A stretch of 64,000 nt of DNA, taken from assembly GCA_017469425.1 (NCBI GenBank), contig JAFUGJ010000034.1, positions 18,074 through 82,073 of the forward strand, written 5' to 3'. This DNA comes from Bacteroidales bacterium. GTDB lineage: Bacteria > Bacteroidota > Bacteroidia > Bacteroidales > UBA932. Positions within the stretch are counted from its first letter, which is position 1, and every line of letters begins with the position of its first letter. The notes under the pieces were generated by a model. The model had not been told where the DNA came from. It searched no databases and was given only the letters and a program-made list of their open reading frames with translations. A program made the translations under genes and the position numbers. This document shows, piece by piece, positions 1-9,653 of this stretch.

Positions 1-1
1 G

Positions 2-157
2 AGTTCCGGCTTCAAGGGCGACCCGCTCATGGCTGCCCGGCTTCATGAGAGTTTCGAACTCCTTGCTACATCTTCTCCATGTTATGTGCTGGATTGCCGG
101 CCCGACGAGGACGCAGCCAGGGTAAGTTCATCCGAGTTGCTTGCTTTGTATGAATAA
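2..157 (+). CDS. C-terminal fragment of a probable HPr-kinase-like protein of a PqqD cassette (runs off the left edge)
   Basis: Open frame from base 2 to TAA at 155-157, not in the ORF track: SSGFKGDPLMAARLHESFELLATSSPCYVLDCRPDEDAARVSSSELLALYE*. The CYxLxCxPDExAA ending resembles kinase-like proteins found beside Bacteroidales PqqD/S26 genes. The stop overlaps the next ATG. Confidence 0.55.
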   Translation, partial: SSGFKGDPLMAARLHESFELLATSSPCYVLDCRPDEDAARVSSSELLALYE

Positions 158-608
158 GAGGGTGCTGCCGAACAAGCTGATGCTCGACGGCGTGTCGGAG
201 CTGGTTGCGGAAGGCAAGGAGGTGTGGATTCCCACCAAGGGAATCAGCATGCTTCCGTTCATCGTCGGAGGGCGTGACAGCGTGCTGCTCGTGCTGGCTC
301 AAAGTTTGAAGAGGGGAGACATTGCCCTTGCCGACCTTGACGGGAGCGGACATTATGTGTTGCACCGGGTGACGGGTATTGACAATGGCATCGTGCGGCT
401 CAAAGGTGACGGGAACCTGGACTCGGCAGAATCCTGCCCGCAGGCTGCGGTAAAGGCCAGGGTCAAGGAAATCCGCTCGGAGAAGGGACGGGTAAGGAAT
501 CCGTCTTCAGCTGGATGGCAGAGGCTCTGGAGGTGCTGGACTGCCCTTCCCAGGCCGGCCCGCAGGGTGCTGTTGAAGGTATTTAAGATAATCAAACATA
601 TTAAGTGA
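150..608 (+). CDS. S24/S26 family peptidase (signal-peptidase-like, Ser-His type, no membrane anchor)
   Basis: Motifs GISMLPFI, GDIAL, YVLHRV and KGDGN. ATG at 150 overlaps the upstream stop. Confidence 0.85.
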   Translation: MNKRVLPNKLMLDGVSELVAEGKEVWIPTKGISMLPFIVGGRDSVLLVLAQSLKRGDIALADLDGSGHYVLHRVTGIDNGIVRLKGDGNLDSAESCPQAAVKARVKEIRSEKGRVRNPSSAGWQRLWRCWTALPRPARRVLLKVFKIIKHIK

Positions 609-609
609 C

Positions 610-882
610 ATGAAAACTGTTGATGGCTTTGTTCTTCGTTCCCTCGGCAAGGAGTATATCATTGTTGGGGAAGGTCCGGCGCAGGTCGACTTCAATCACA
701 TGATTTCGTTGAATGCATCTGCCGCTTATCTCTGGAAGGCGGTGAAGGAGATGGATTCTTTCGAAGTAGGGAATCTCACCCGCCTGCTTCTTGAAGAGTA
801 TGATGTCGAGGAGGAAAGGGCTGCAAAGGATGCCGAAGCAATTGCCGCCAAATGGCTTGAAATAGGCATAATCAGCAAATGA
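610..882 (+). CDS. PqqD family protein (RiPP recognition element)
   Basis: 90 aa with GFVLRSLGKEYIIV, MISLNASAAYLWK, LLEEYDVEEERAAKD and WLEIGII, the typical PqqD pattern. Confidence 0.9.
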   Translation: MKTVDGFVLRSLGKEYIIVGEGPAQVDFNHMISLNASAAYLWKAVKEMDSFEVGNLTRLLLEEYDVEEERAAKDAEAIAAKWLEIGIISK

Positions 883-2510
883 GACCGTTCCGCGAGTGCT
901 TCAGGGAAATGTTGGTCACCCTCCGTCCAATGAGGTGGAAGGTGGCCCTGAGCTGTTTGTTCGGACTGCTCGAAATCGCCCTGTCGCTTTCATTCGTGTG
1001 GGTGAGCAAGCATGTTGTGGATATTGCCACCGGGGCCGACGCCTCGATGGGCCTGGGCGTTGCGGTGCTCGTTTTTGTCTCGATTATGCTCGGGCAGGCT
1101 TTGCTGGGCATAGTATCCAGGTACTGGGACGGATATATAGAGGTTACTGCCCGCAACAGGATGCGCTCCGAAGTGTTTTCCAAGGTGATGAACAGCATCT
1201 GGACCGGACGCGAAAAGTTCCACAGTGGCGACACCGTGAACCGTCTTGAGGAAGACATCAGGGTTGTGGTGGATTTTACCGTGAGTTCGCTGCCGCAGAT
1301 AATCGTAACGGTGTGCAGGTTTGTCGCCGCCACCGTTTTCCTGTTCGCAATGTCGGCCGAACTGGGATGGATACTTGTTTTTATCATGCCGGTGGCGGTG
1401 ATAGGCAGCCGCCTGTTTTTCCGGAAGACGCGTTTCCTCACAAATGAGATTCGAAAGGGCGACAGCAAGGTGCAGGCCCATATGCAGGAGAATATCCAGC
1501 ATCGTATGGTTGTGCGCTCCATGGGCGGCATCGACGAAGTTACCCTCACCCTGGACGACCTTCAGGACGATGTCCAGTCCAAAACCATCAGCCGGCTAAA
1601 TTACAATGCCATTTCGAGGGGCTTTCTCCAGATTGGCTTCATGGCCGGATATGCCGCTGCATTCATCTGGAGCGTTTACGGCTTGAGGGAGGGCAGCGTC
1701 ACCTATGGCATGATGACCGCTTTCCTTCAGCTTGTAAGTCAGGTACAGCGCCCCGTTAGCAGTTTTACCCAGCAGATACCTGCATTTATCCGTGCCCTCT
1801 CCTCGCAGGACCGCCTGATGGATCTTACGGCCATGCAGCAGGAAGACAAGGCTGAACCCGTCCTGATTCCCGGCGCTCCGGGTCTCAGGATACGCTCGCT
1901 CTCATTCCGGTATCCCGATTCGGAAGTGCCCGTTTTCGAGAATCTTGATTTCGATTTCAAGCCGGGTAGTTTCACCGCCGTGACAGGGCCTACCGGAATA
2001 GGCAAGAGTACGCTCGTAAAAGTGCTGATGTCCATTCTGAAACCGAGCTCCGGCACGGTTGAACTCTATGATCCGCCCACTCCGGCAGGCCCCGCCACGC
2101 TGTGCAATTTCATGTATGTGCCGCAAGGAAACAGCCTTATGAGCGGAACCATCCGCCAGAACCTCCTGCTTGCAGATCCTTCCGCATCCGACGATGCCCT
2201 TTGGGATGTGCTTGATGCAGCCGAAGCCGGGTTTGTCCGGAAACTCCCGGACGGGCTCGACTCTTCCTGCGCCGAGGTGGGAGGAGGATTGAGCGAAGGG
2301 CAGGCCCAGAGGATAGCGATTGCCCGCGCCCTTCTCAGGCCCGGAGGCATACTCGTGCTCGACGAGGCGAGCTCCGCACTTGACGAGGATACCGAAGCGC
2401 GCATGCTTGCGAACATTGCGTCGCGCTGCGGAGGAAGCAAAACCGTGATTTGTATTACGCACCGGCCTGCGGCTGCCCGCAACGCTGATTTTGAACTTAG
2501 TTTGAGTTAG
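879..2510 (+). CDS. ABC exporter, fused permease and ATP-binding domain
   Basis: N-terminal TM helices, Walker A GPTGIGKST, signature LSEGQ, Walker B LVLDE, H-loop ITHR. No C39 peptidase domain. Confidence 0.9.
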   Translation: MRPFRECFREMLVTLRPMRWKVALSCLFGLLEIALSLSFVWVSKHVVDIATGADASMGLGVAVLVFVSIMLGQALLGIVSRYWDGYIEVTARNRMRSEVFSKVMNSIWTGREKFHSGDTVNRLEEDIRVVVDFTVSSLPQIIVTVCRFVAATVFLFAMSAELGWILVFIMPVAVIGSRLFFRKTRFLTNEIRKGDSKVQAHMQENIQHRMVVRSMGGIDEVTLTLDDLQDDVQSKTISRLNYNAISRGFLQIGFMAGYAAAFIWSVYGLREGSVTYGMMTAFLQLVSQVQRPVSSFTQQIPAFIRALSSQDRLMDLTAMQQEDKAEPVLIPGAPGLRIRSLSFRYPDSEVPVFENLDFDFKPGSFTAVTGPTGIGKSTLVKVLMSILKPSSGTVELYDPPTPAGPATLCNFMYVPQGNSLMSGTIRQNLLLADPSASDDALWDVLDAAEAGFVRKLPDGLDSSCAEVGGGLSEGQAQRIAIARALLRPGGILVLDEASSALDEDTEARMLANIASRCGGSKTVICITHRPAAARNADFELSLS

Positions 2511-2525
2511 GCAAAATATTTGTAC

Positions 2526-2533
2526 TAACTTTG
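2526..2533 (+). promoter_or_regulatory. Bacteroidetes primary-sigma -7 box (TAACTTTG) for the FISUMP gene
   Basis: Matches TAnnTTTG, 19 nt before the ATG at 2553. Confidence 0.65.
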
Positions 2534-2552
2534 CAGTACTAAAGATATTGAA

Positions 2553-3569
2553 ATGAAATTTTTGCGAATTTCCCGCATCCTTCTTCCGGCGGCAGTACTT
2601 CTGGCGCTGGCTTCATGCCATAAAGAACGCTCGTCGTCTTCAACCCCTTATGTCGGAGGCTCGCTGACTTATGACATGCCCTCTTATGTGCAGTACGGCG
2701 ATGTCATCCACATCGTACCCAGGGGCGTTTACCGTGAGGATTCTTCCGACACCTTGCTTTCCGTGAGGTGGATTAATCCCTTCACGAGCGTTTCCGATAC
2801 GGTGAGGCTGGAGAGCGACCCCGCATCCGTTGACAAGGCTTTCGATTTCGTCGTGGATGTCGATACCGTCGGAACTTTTTCCATAGCCGTCTATGCCTGG
2901 GCCGAAGGATATTCCGCCAAATCGCTTACAAAGTCGTTCACCATCATCGACAATGAGCTCGACAATGGTTCGCTCACCGGCTACGGCTTCCTGGATGCCA
3001 TCGGTACTTTTACCGACGCTCGCGACGGCAAGCCCTATTACTTCAATACCGTGGACGGCACCGACTGGATGATAAGCAACCTTGCCTACGAAGGTGCAGG
3101 CATGGCTTACAAGGACGAAAGCACCCTTTCCACCCTGTTCGGTCAGTATTATACCTGGGATGAGGCTGCTGCCGCCTGCCCTGCCGGATGGCATCTGCCT
3201 TCCGATGCTGATTTCGTTGCGCTTGCGAAGGCTTTCGGTGCAAAGGTCGCCGCCGACGGAAGCATCACTGAAGGGTCCGGTGCCCTCATGGGTGACATTT
3301 ATTTCAATGGCGACAAGATGTGGGAATTCTGGCCTTCAGTCAAAATCACTAATTCATCGAAGTTTTCCGCCATCCCCGCGGGATATGCGGTCGTGGACGA
3401 AAACGGCGCCGAGTTCACCGGGTTCAATGATTTCGCGATTTTCTGGACTGCCGATGCCGACGGTGCCCTCATGGGTCGTGCCCGCTACATCTATGTTGAC
3501 AAACCCGACATCTTCGCCAGCGTCCTCGGCAAGAATTCGGTACGGGCGTCGGTGCGATGCGTCCGCTGA
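2553..3569 (+). CDS. FISUMP (Fibrobacter succinogenes major paralogous domain) lipoprotein
   Basis: Lipobox LASC, then FTDARDGKPY, WMISNLAY, GQYYTW, CPAGWHLPS and terminal SVRCVR. Confidence 0.88.
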   Translation: MKFLRISRILLPAAVLLALASCHKERSSSSTPYVGGSLTYDMPSYVQYGDVIHIVPRGVYREDSSDTLLSVRWINPFTSVSDTVRLESDPASVDKAFDFVVDVDTVGTFSIAVYAWAEGYSAKSLTKSFTIIDNELDNGSLTGYGFLDAIGTFTDARDGKPYYFNTVDGTDWMISNLAYEGAGMAYKDESTLSTLFGQYYTWDEAAAACPAGWHLPSDADFVALAKAFGAKVAADGSITEGSGALMGDIYFNGDKMWEFWPSVKITNSSKFSAIPAGYAVVDENGAEFTGFNDFAIFWTADADGALMGRARYIYVDKPDIFASVLGKNSVRASVRCVR

Positions 3570-3575
3570 TTCTTT

Positions 3576-4625
3576 CTACATTGACGATATGATTTCCAGA
3601 CAGCCTTGCAGTACCAATGCGAGGCTGTCAGTTGTTTTGACAAGCAGGGAAGGACAGATGCCTGCGGCGCTAAGCAGCAGCGTGGCCGCTCCGCACAGCA
3701 TCAGCGCCCAGGTCAGGGGCATTGCCATGAGGTTGGCCAGCAAAAAATACTTCGGGAAAGTACCGAATCGAATCCACGCCAAGGGTGCGGTGAACAGTTG
3801 GCAGGAGAGCGATAGCGCCATCGTTTTCCACATCCATCTCACCGGACCGCGTCCTTCGGGGTAAAATGCTTCCAGGCGAGGATATACCGTGAATATGCCG
3901 AGCATCGCCAGGTAGCTGAGTTGGAATCCCGCGGAGAGTATCGATTCCGGTGAGAACCCCAGCTGAATCATGAGTGATGCGCTCCAGATTGCCACCGGGC
4001 GGCGCGTGCGCCCCGGACTGTGCTTCAGCCATTCGTTGAAAACTATGAAAAGGAGGGCACGGACAATGGAAGGGGAGGCCCCCGTCATGAATGCATAAAA
4101 ACAGCAGGCTCCGATTAGAAGGATGCTGCGTATGGCACATGCCACCCTGCTCCTGCCCATGAGCGACAACGCTTTTCCGAGCATGAGGTAGATGATGCCG
4201 AGATGCATCCCGCTGAGCGCAAGAATGTGCGATGCTCCTGCATCCCTGAACACAGCCGCCGTTTCCCTTGCAAGCATGTCCCTTTGTCCTGTGAGCAGCG
4301 CGCGCAGCAGGGCTGCGGTCTGCCCGTGCGGAAAGGGAACCGATACAATGAGTTTTTCGGTGGCGGACAGGCTTGTCCGTATAAAGCCCGGAGAGCTGAA
4401 CCCTGCTCCGGGAAGGGAAGACAGCGCTGCACACGACAGGCCCAGGGCGAAGAAAAGGGCAAAGGCCCCTTTGTCCGAAGGCCGCAGCATCAATCCGGCC
4501 AGCAATATGGCGCATGCCGGAAAGGCCGCTTGCAGCAAACTGTGGGGGAGGGCTGCGAATTCAACGACCGCAACACCTGCGGCAAAGGAGAATGACAGCG
4601 GCACTATGGGAGCAGTGCTTCGCAT
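3576..4625 (-). CDS. comEC: ComEC/Rec2 family membrane protein (short form, Competence domain only)
   Basis: HILALSGMHL, GASPSIVRA and GFQLSYLA motifs; hydrophobic. Confidence 0.85.
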   Translation of the reverse strand: MRSTAPIVPLSFSFAAGVAVVEFAALPHSLLQAAFPACAILLAGLMLRPSDKGAFALFFALGLSCAALSSLPGAGFSSPGFIRTSLSATEKLIVSVPFPHGQTAALLRALLTGQRDMLARETAAVFRDAGASHILALSGMHLGIIYLMLGKALSLMGRSRVACAIRSILLIGACCFYAFMTGASPSIVRALLFIVFNEWLKHSPGRTRRPVAIWSASLMIQLGFSPESILSAGFQLSYLAMLGIFTVYPRLEAFYPEGRGPVRWMWKTMALSLSCQLFTAPLAWIRFGTFPKYFLLANLMAMPLTWALMLCGAATLLLSAAGICPSLLVKTTDSLALVLQGCLEIISSM

Positions 4626-4708
4626 ATTGTCAACACCTTGTTACCGCTTGCTAAAATACGCATTATTTCTTATATTTGTAAGCTACGGAAATAACATAAT
4701 CACACCAT

Positions 4709-5917
4709 ATGATAATTCTTGTAATCAACTGCGGAAGTTCTTCAATCAAGTATCAGCTCTTCGACATGAAGAGTGCTTCCGATTACGAAGTGAAGGCCAA
4801 GGGCCTGGTAGAGAAAATCGGCCTTCCCGAGGGCAATATCACCCACAGGCCCAAAGGCAGGGAGACCTTCGAGAAAGTTTTGCCCATTCCCGACCATTCC
4901 CTCGGGATGAAGCTGGTCATGGACGCCCTGGTGGACCCGGACCACGGGGTGCTTGGCTCTTTTGACGATGTGGATGCGGTAGGACACCGTATCGTGCAGG
5001 GTGCCGACTTTTTCGACGGCAGCTGCCTCGTGAACGATGATGTGCTTCGCAAGATTGAAATCTGCTGCGACTTCGCTCCTCTTCACAATCCCGCTCACCT
5101 TCTGGGTATCCATGCCATAACCAAGGTGCTCCCCAAGACTCCCCAGGTTGTGGTGTTCGATACCGCTTTCCATCAGACCATGCCGGACTATGCATACATG
5201 TATGCTCTTCCATATAAGTATTACACCGACTACCATGTCCGCCGTTACGGCGCCCACGGCACTTCGCACCAGTATGTGTCGCGCAGGGGAGCCGAATTTG
5301 CGAGTATCGACATCAACAATTCCAAAATCATAACCTGCCATATAGGAAACGGCTCTTCGGTAAGCGCCGTGCTCAATGGCAAGTGCGTCGACACCTCCAT
5401 GGGTTTCACCCCGCTGGAGGGCATGATTATGGGAACCCGCTGCGGCAATGTCGATTGCAATGTGCTCCCTTACCTCATGAAGAAAGACAATATCTCTCCC
5501 GACGAGATGACCGCAATCATGAACAAGAAGAGCGGCCTCATCGGGCTTGGAGGTGTGAGTTCGGACATGCGTGAGACGGAAGATGCCGCCGCTGCCGGAA
5601 ATGAGCGGGCAAGGCTTGCAATCAACAAGCTGACCTACGACATAGTAAAGCTCATCGGCGCGTACAGCGTGGTTCTCGACGGGGTAGACCTCATAGTCTG
5701 GACTGCGGGCATAGGTGAGCATAACCACAAGGTCCGCCGCCGCGTGTGCGACAAACTCGGTTCCCTTGGCGTAAAGCTCGACTACGCAGCCAACGAAAAA
5801 GCCTTCGGCAACGAAGCGATGATAAGCGCTCCCGACTCCAAAGTAAAGGTTGCCCTTATCCCCACCGAAGAGGAACTGATGATAGCCCTCGACACCATGA
5901 ACATTGTAGCAAAATAA
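4709..5917 (+). CDS. ackA: acetate kinase
   Basis: ILVINCGSSSIKYQL, GHRIVQG, APLHNPA, RRYGAHGTSH, TSMGFTPLEG, IPTEEELMIA. Confidence 0.97.
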   Translation: MIILVINCGSSSIKYQLFDMKSASDYEVKAKGLVEKIGLPEGNITHRPKGRETFEKVLPIPDHSLGMKLVMDALVDPDHGVLGSFDDVDAVGHRIVQGADFFDGSCLVNDDVLRKIEICCDFAPLHNPAHLLGIHAITKVLPKTPQVVVFDTAFHQTMPDYAYMYALPYKYYTDYHVRRYGAHGTSHQYVSRRGAEFASIDINNSKIITCHIGNGSSVSAVLNGKCVDTSMGFTPLEGMIMGTRCGNVDCNVLPYLMKKDNISPDEMTAIMNKKSGLIGLGGVSSDMRETEDAAAAGNERARLAINKLTYDIVKLIGAYSVVLDGVDLIVWTAGIGEHNHKVRRRVCDKLGSLGVKLDYAANEKAFGNEAMISAPDSKVKVALIPTEEELMIALDTMNIVAK

Positions 5918-5921
5918 AGAT

Positions 5922-6929
5922 ATGGCACTTATTGATCAGATAATTGCGCGGGCAAAATCCAACAAGCAGCGCATCGTTCTTCCCGAATCGCTGGAAGAGC
6001 GTACCATTACCGCAGCCGACAGGGCCCTTGCCGATGCCCTTGCCGACATCATCCTCATCGGCAATCCTGCCGAGATTCTTGCCCTTGCAGACAAGCTCGG
6101 CCTGAAGAACATAGGCAAGGCCACCATCATCGACCCCGCTACTTCAGAGAAGACCGAAGAATACGCCCAGCTCCTTTTCCAACTGCGTCAGAAAAAGGGC
6201 ATGACCATCGAAGTGGCGCGCCAGACCGTGCTGAATCCGCTTTATTTCGGCTGCCTCATCATCAAGAGCGGCGATGCCGACGGACAGATTAGCGGCGCCC
6301 TTTCCACGACAGGCGACACTCTGCGCCCTGCCTTGCAAATCATCAAATGCTCCCCCGGCATCACCTGCGTGAGCGGAGCAATGCTGATGATTACCCAGAC
6401 TCCCGAATATGGCGAAAACGGCGTGCTCGTAATCGGGGATGTTGCAGTCACTCCCGCTCCCGATGCTTCCCAGCTTGCGCAGATTGCAGTCTGCACCGCC
6501 CGCACGGCGAAGAGCGTGGCAGGTTTTGAAGAGCCCCGCGTAGCCATGCTTTCCTTCTCCACCAAGGGTTCGGCAAAACATGAGGTTGTCGACAAGGTTG
6601 TTGAAGCCACTGCCCTCGCAAAGGAACTTGACCCTTCGCTCAAGATTGACGGCGAACTCCAGGCCGATGCGGCTCTCGTGCCTTCGGTCGGCAAGAAGAA
6701 GGCTCCCGGTTCTGAAATCGCAGGCAATGCGAATGTACTCGTCTTCCCCAACCTGGAAGTGGGAAACATCGGCTATAAGCTTGTCCAGCGCCTGGGCCGT
6801 GCCGATGCCATCGGCCCCATCCTGCAGGGCATAGCCAAGCCGGTGAACGACCTCAGCCGCGGATGCAGCGTTGATGATGTTTACAAGATGATTGCCATCA
6901 CCGCCTGCCAGGCGATGGATGCAAAATAA
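5922..6929 (+). CDS. pta: phosphate acetyltransferase
   Basis: RIVLPES, AMLSFSTKGS, IDGELQADAA, KPVNDLSRGC; follows ackA. Confidence 0.97.
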   Translation: MALIDQIIARAKSNKQRIVLPESLEERTITAADRALADALADIILIGNPAEILALADKLGLKNIGKATIIDPATSEKTEEYAQLLFQLRQKKGMTIEVARQTVLNPLYFGCLIIKSGDADGQISGALSTTGDTLRPALQIIKCSPGITCVSGAMLMITQTPEYGENGVLVIGDVAVTPAPDASQLAQIAVCTARTAKSVAGFEEPRVAMLSFSTKGSAKHEVVDKVVEATALAKELDPSLKIDGELQADAALVPSVGKKKAPGSEIAGNANVLVFPNLEVGNIGYKLVQRLGRADAIGPILQGIAKPVNDLSRGCSVDDVYKMIAITACQAMDAK

Positions 6930-6960
6930 TCTTTACTACGATAGAAAGCAGACGGGGTAG

Positions 6961-9600
6961 CTATAGAGCATCTATGGCTACCCTGTTTGCTGCAGATACC
7001 CTTTCGGGAATAAGTTTGTCCACCTTGCGGTCGTAGGTCATGAGGCCGTTGAGCTCGCGCTCCACATCAGTGGTCTGTGTATACACCGCGGCGGCGCATC
7101 CTTCCTTGATTATGGGAAGAAGCTGCTGCAGGTAATCCTCGTATTTCGCGGTTGACTCCTCCACGGTACTCATCTTGACATATCCCCAACCGGAGAAACG
7201 GCTCTGCTGCCAGGTATGTCCTTCCACGGGAAGGCCGATGCCTCCGAATTCGCCGAGGACATTGACAAGGGCCGGATCCCAGATGCGCATCTTGGGATTA
7301 GGATAGTGGTGCGAATCGAGGATGTCGCTCCCGGCATTGGAAATCCAGTTGCCGCCGGATGCCATGTTGACAAGGCGCGAAGGGTCAAGTTCTTTCGTAT
7401 AGCTTACCACACCCTTGGTGTCGAACTGTCCCCAGGCTTCATTGAAGGGCACCCATACCACGATGCAAGGGAATTTCCTGTGCTGACGGATGACATCGCC
7501 CCATTCGGAAATGAAGTTCTCGCGGGCTTCAGGCTCAAGCTGGTCGGAAAAACCTGCGTCATATTTGTCTATGCCCTGGGCCCAGTCGGAACGGGGATTG
7601 CAGAGGTCGACGCTGGGCATGTCCTGCCAGACAAGCAGGCCGAGCTGGTCGCAATGGGTGTACCAGCGGTCGGGTTCCACCTTCACATGCTTTCTCACCA
7701 TGTTGAACCCGTACTCCTTCGTACGCTCGAGGTCGTAGCGAAGAGCCTCGTCGCAAGGTGCGGTGTAAAGTCCGTCCGGCCACCATCCCTGGTCGAGGGG
7801 GCCAATCTGGAACAGGGCCTTGCCGTTGAGGGCCATGCGTTCGTGTCCGTCTGCATCGCGTACCATGGAAATCTCCCGCGCTGCAGTGTAGCAATCCACT
7901 TTGTCAATCACCTTTCCATCCTCCAGGAGGCTGAGGCGCAGTCCGTAAAGATAGGGCTCGTCGGGGCTCCAAAGTTTCAGTGCGGAAGGCTTGAGCTCTG
8001 CGGTATTCCCCGCTTTCACGCGGGCTTCGGCGAGGACCTTTCCGCCGGGCGTTTCTGCGGAATAACCCACTCCGCCTTCCAAAAGTTCCACAAGAATGTC
8101 GGCATCGCCTTCAGTTTCTGCGTAAGGGGTTACGCTGATGCTTCCGGCAGCGATGTTTGAAAGGACATCATAGTCGCTGATATGCCCTTCGCGGCTGACC
8201 GCTTCCATCCAGACGCTCTGCCAGATGCCGCTCACGGCAGTGTACCAGATTCCTCCCTCCCAAGGGCTCAGGGTCTGCTTGCCGCGGGGCTGGAGTTTGT
8301 TGTCCGTACCGTCAAGAACCTTGAGTTCCACGGTCTGGCGGCCATGCTTGAGATAAGGAGTGATATTGAGTTCAAATGCAGTATATCCGCCTCTGTGAAC
8401 TCCCGCAGGCTTGCCGTTCACCCAAACTTCACATTCGAAATCCACGGCGCCGAAATGCAGGATTACATCCTTGTGATGCCAGCGCCAGCGGAAAGGGATG
8501 CGGAAACTCCGGCGATACCAGAGGGCATCATCGGCGGTAAGCCTGCCGCCCACTCCGGAAAGCTGGGATTCGTATGCAAAAGGAACCAGGATGTCGCCCT
8601 GTACCTTGGGCATCACCGTTTCATCCTTTGCGGAAACGGCATATTTCCAAAGCCCGTTCAGGCTCTTCCATGCCTTGCGCACCATCTGCGGACGGGGATA
8701 TTCGCGGTGTACGCCGCGGGCCGTGACCTCGTCAGCCCAGGGAGTGCGGATTTTCGCATCATCCTCAAGCAGGAACGCCAGCAGGCCGGGAGTCTTCTTA
8801 TAGTCGTATATGCGGATGTAATCCATGCCATTGATGCGGACATGGCTGTCGTTTCCTCCGTCGTCGAAGTCATCGCCCACAAAGAGGACCTGGTCGGGGG
8901 TAAGCCCGAGTTTTGCCGCGTATTTTACCGCAGCGTCGTATTTGTTGTATTCCTTGGGGGTAATGTCAAAAGAGCTGGTACCGCCGATGAAAACGGAGTA
9001 GTCCTTGAAGATTTCGAGCATTTCGGGATAGATGGCCCTGCGCTTGGCCTTGTCGGTGTCGAAAGGAAGCTTGACATCGAGGGGAGCGGCAGTGCCCACC
9101 AGGCTGAAGGTCACCATTCCGCTCGGGTGGAATTCCAGGGGCTCTCCATAGTATTTGGTGTATCCGTACTTTTCCCTTATGTACCGGCACTTTTCGATGA
9201 AGAATGCGGAGTCAACCTGAAAGGCATCGTCGCGGATTATCTTGAACTCGCCGTCTTCCACGACGCTCTCCTGCATGCCGTAATTGCCCAGGATGGTAAT
9301 CGGATACTGCTTCATCTGCTTATAGACGCGGGGGCTGTTCCCTCCGGTAATCATGACGAGGCTGTAATGCTTCCCGAGGGAGTCGAGCAGCTCGCGGACA
9401 TCTTTTTTCATGGGAGTGCGCTGTTGGCACAGGGTTCCGTCGAGGTCGAAGCAAATCAGTTTTTTCTGGGCGCGTATCTGCGCTCCCCGGACAAATACAT
9501 CCTCTTGGGTAATTTGGTTAGAAGGAGCCGTTCTTTCGGCCGAAAATGCATTGAGGCTAAAAGCCGCAATGATACATACGAGAAGACACTTTGTATTCAT
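6961..9600 (-). CDS. secreted fusion of a HAD-IIB (phosphomannomutase-like) domain and glycoside hydrolase family 2
   Basis: Signal peptide; HAD motifs FDLDGTL, GGTSSFDI, FVGDDFDDGGND; GH2 motifs EYPRPQMVR, LHFGAVD, LDQGWWPDG, RKHVKVE, WVPFNEAWG, LGEFGG. Confidence 0.85.
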   Translation of the reverse strand: MNTKCLLVCIIAAFSLNAFSAERTAPSNQITQEDVFVRGAQIRAQKKLICFDLDGTLCQQRTPMKKDVRELLDSLGKHYSLVMITGGNSPRVYKQMKQYPITILGNYGMQESVVEDGEFKIIRDDAFQVDSAFFIEKCRYIREKYGYTKYYGEPLEFHPSGMVTFSLVGTAAPLDVKLPFDTDKAKRRAIYPEMLEIFKDYSVFIGGTSSFDITPKEYNKYDAAVKYAAKLGLTPDQVLFVGDDFDDGGNDSHVRINGMDYIRIYDYKKTPGLLAFLLEDDAKIRTPWADEVTARGVHREYPRPQMVRKAWKSLNGLWKYAVSAKDETVMPKVQGDILVPFAYESQLSGVGGRLTADDALWYRRSFRIPFRWRWHHKDVILHFGAVDFECEVWVNGKPAGVHRGGYTAFELNITPYLKHGRQTVELKVLDGTDNKLQPRGKQTLSPWEGGIWYTAVSGIWQSVWMEAVSREGHISDYDVLSNIAAGSISVTPYAETEGDADILVELLEGGVGYSAETPGGKVLAEARVKAGNTAELKPSALKLWSPDEPYLYGLRLSLLEDGKVIDKVDCYTAAREISMVRDADGHERMALNGKALFQIGPLDQGWWPDGLYTAPCDEALRYDLERTKEYGFNMVRKHVKVEPDRWYTHCDQLGLLVWQDMPSVDLCNPRSDWAQGIDKYDAGFSDQLEPEARENFISEWGDVIRQHRKFPCIVVWVPFNEAWGQFDTKGVVSYTKELDPSRLVNMASGGNWISNAGSDILDSHHYPNPKMRIWDPALVNVLGEFGGIGLPVEGHTWQQSRFSGWGYVKMSTVEESTAKYEDYLQQLLPIIKEGCAAAVYTQTTDVERELNGLMTYDRKVDKLIPERVSAANRVAIDAL

Positions 9601-9653
9601 AAATGGTCATAGTTTCCGCAAAATTACGAAAAAAACTCTATCTTTACACATTG

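Noticed and set aside
2553-3569. FISUMP lipoprotein as part of the RiPP-like cassette or a diversity-generating target
   Set aside because: It has its own promoter box, and no reverse transcriptase or template repeat is visible in the window.
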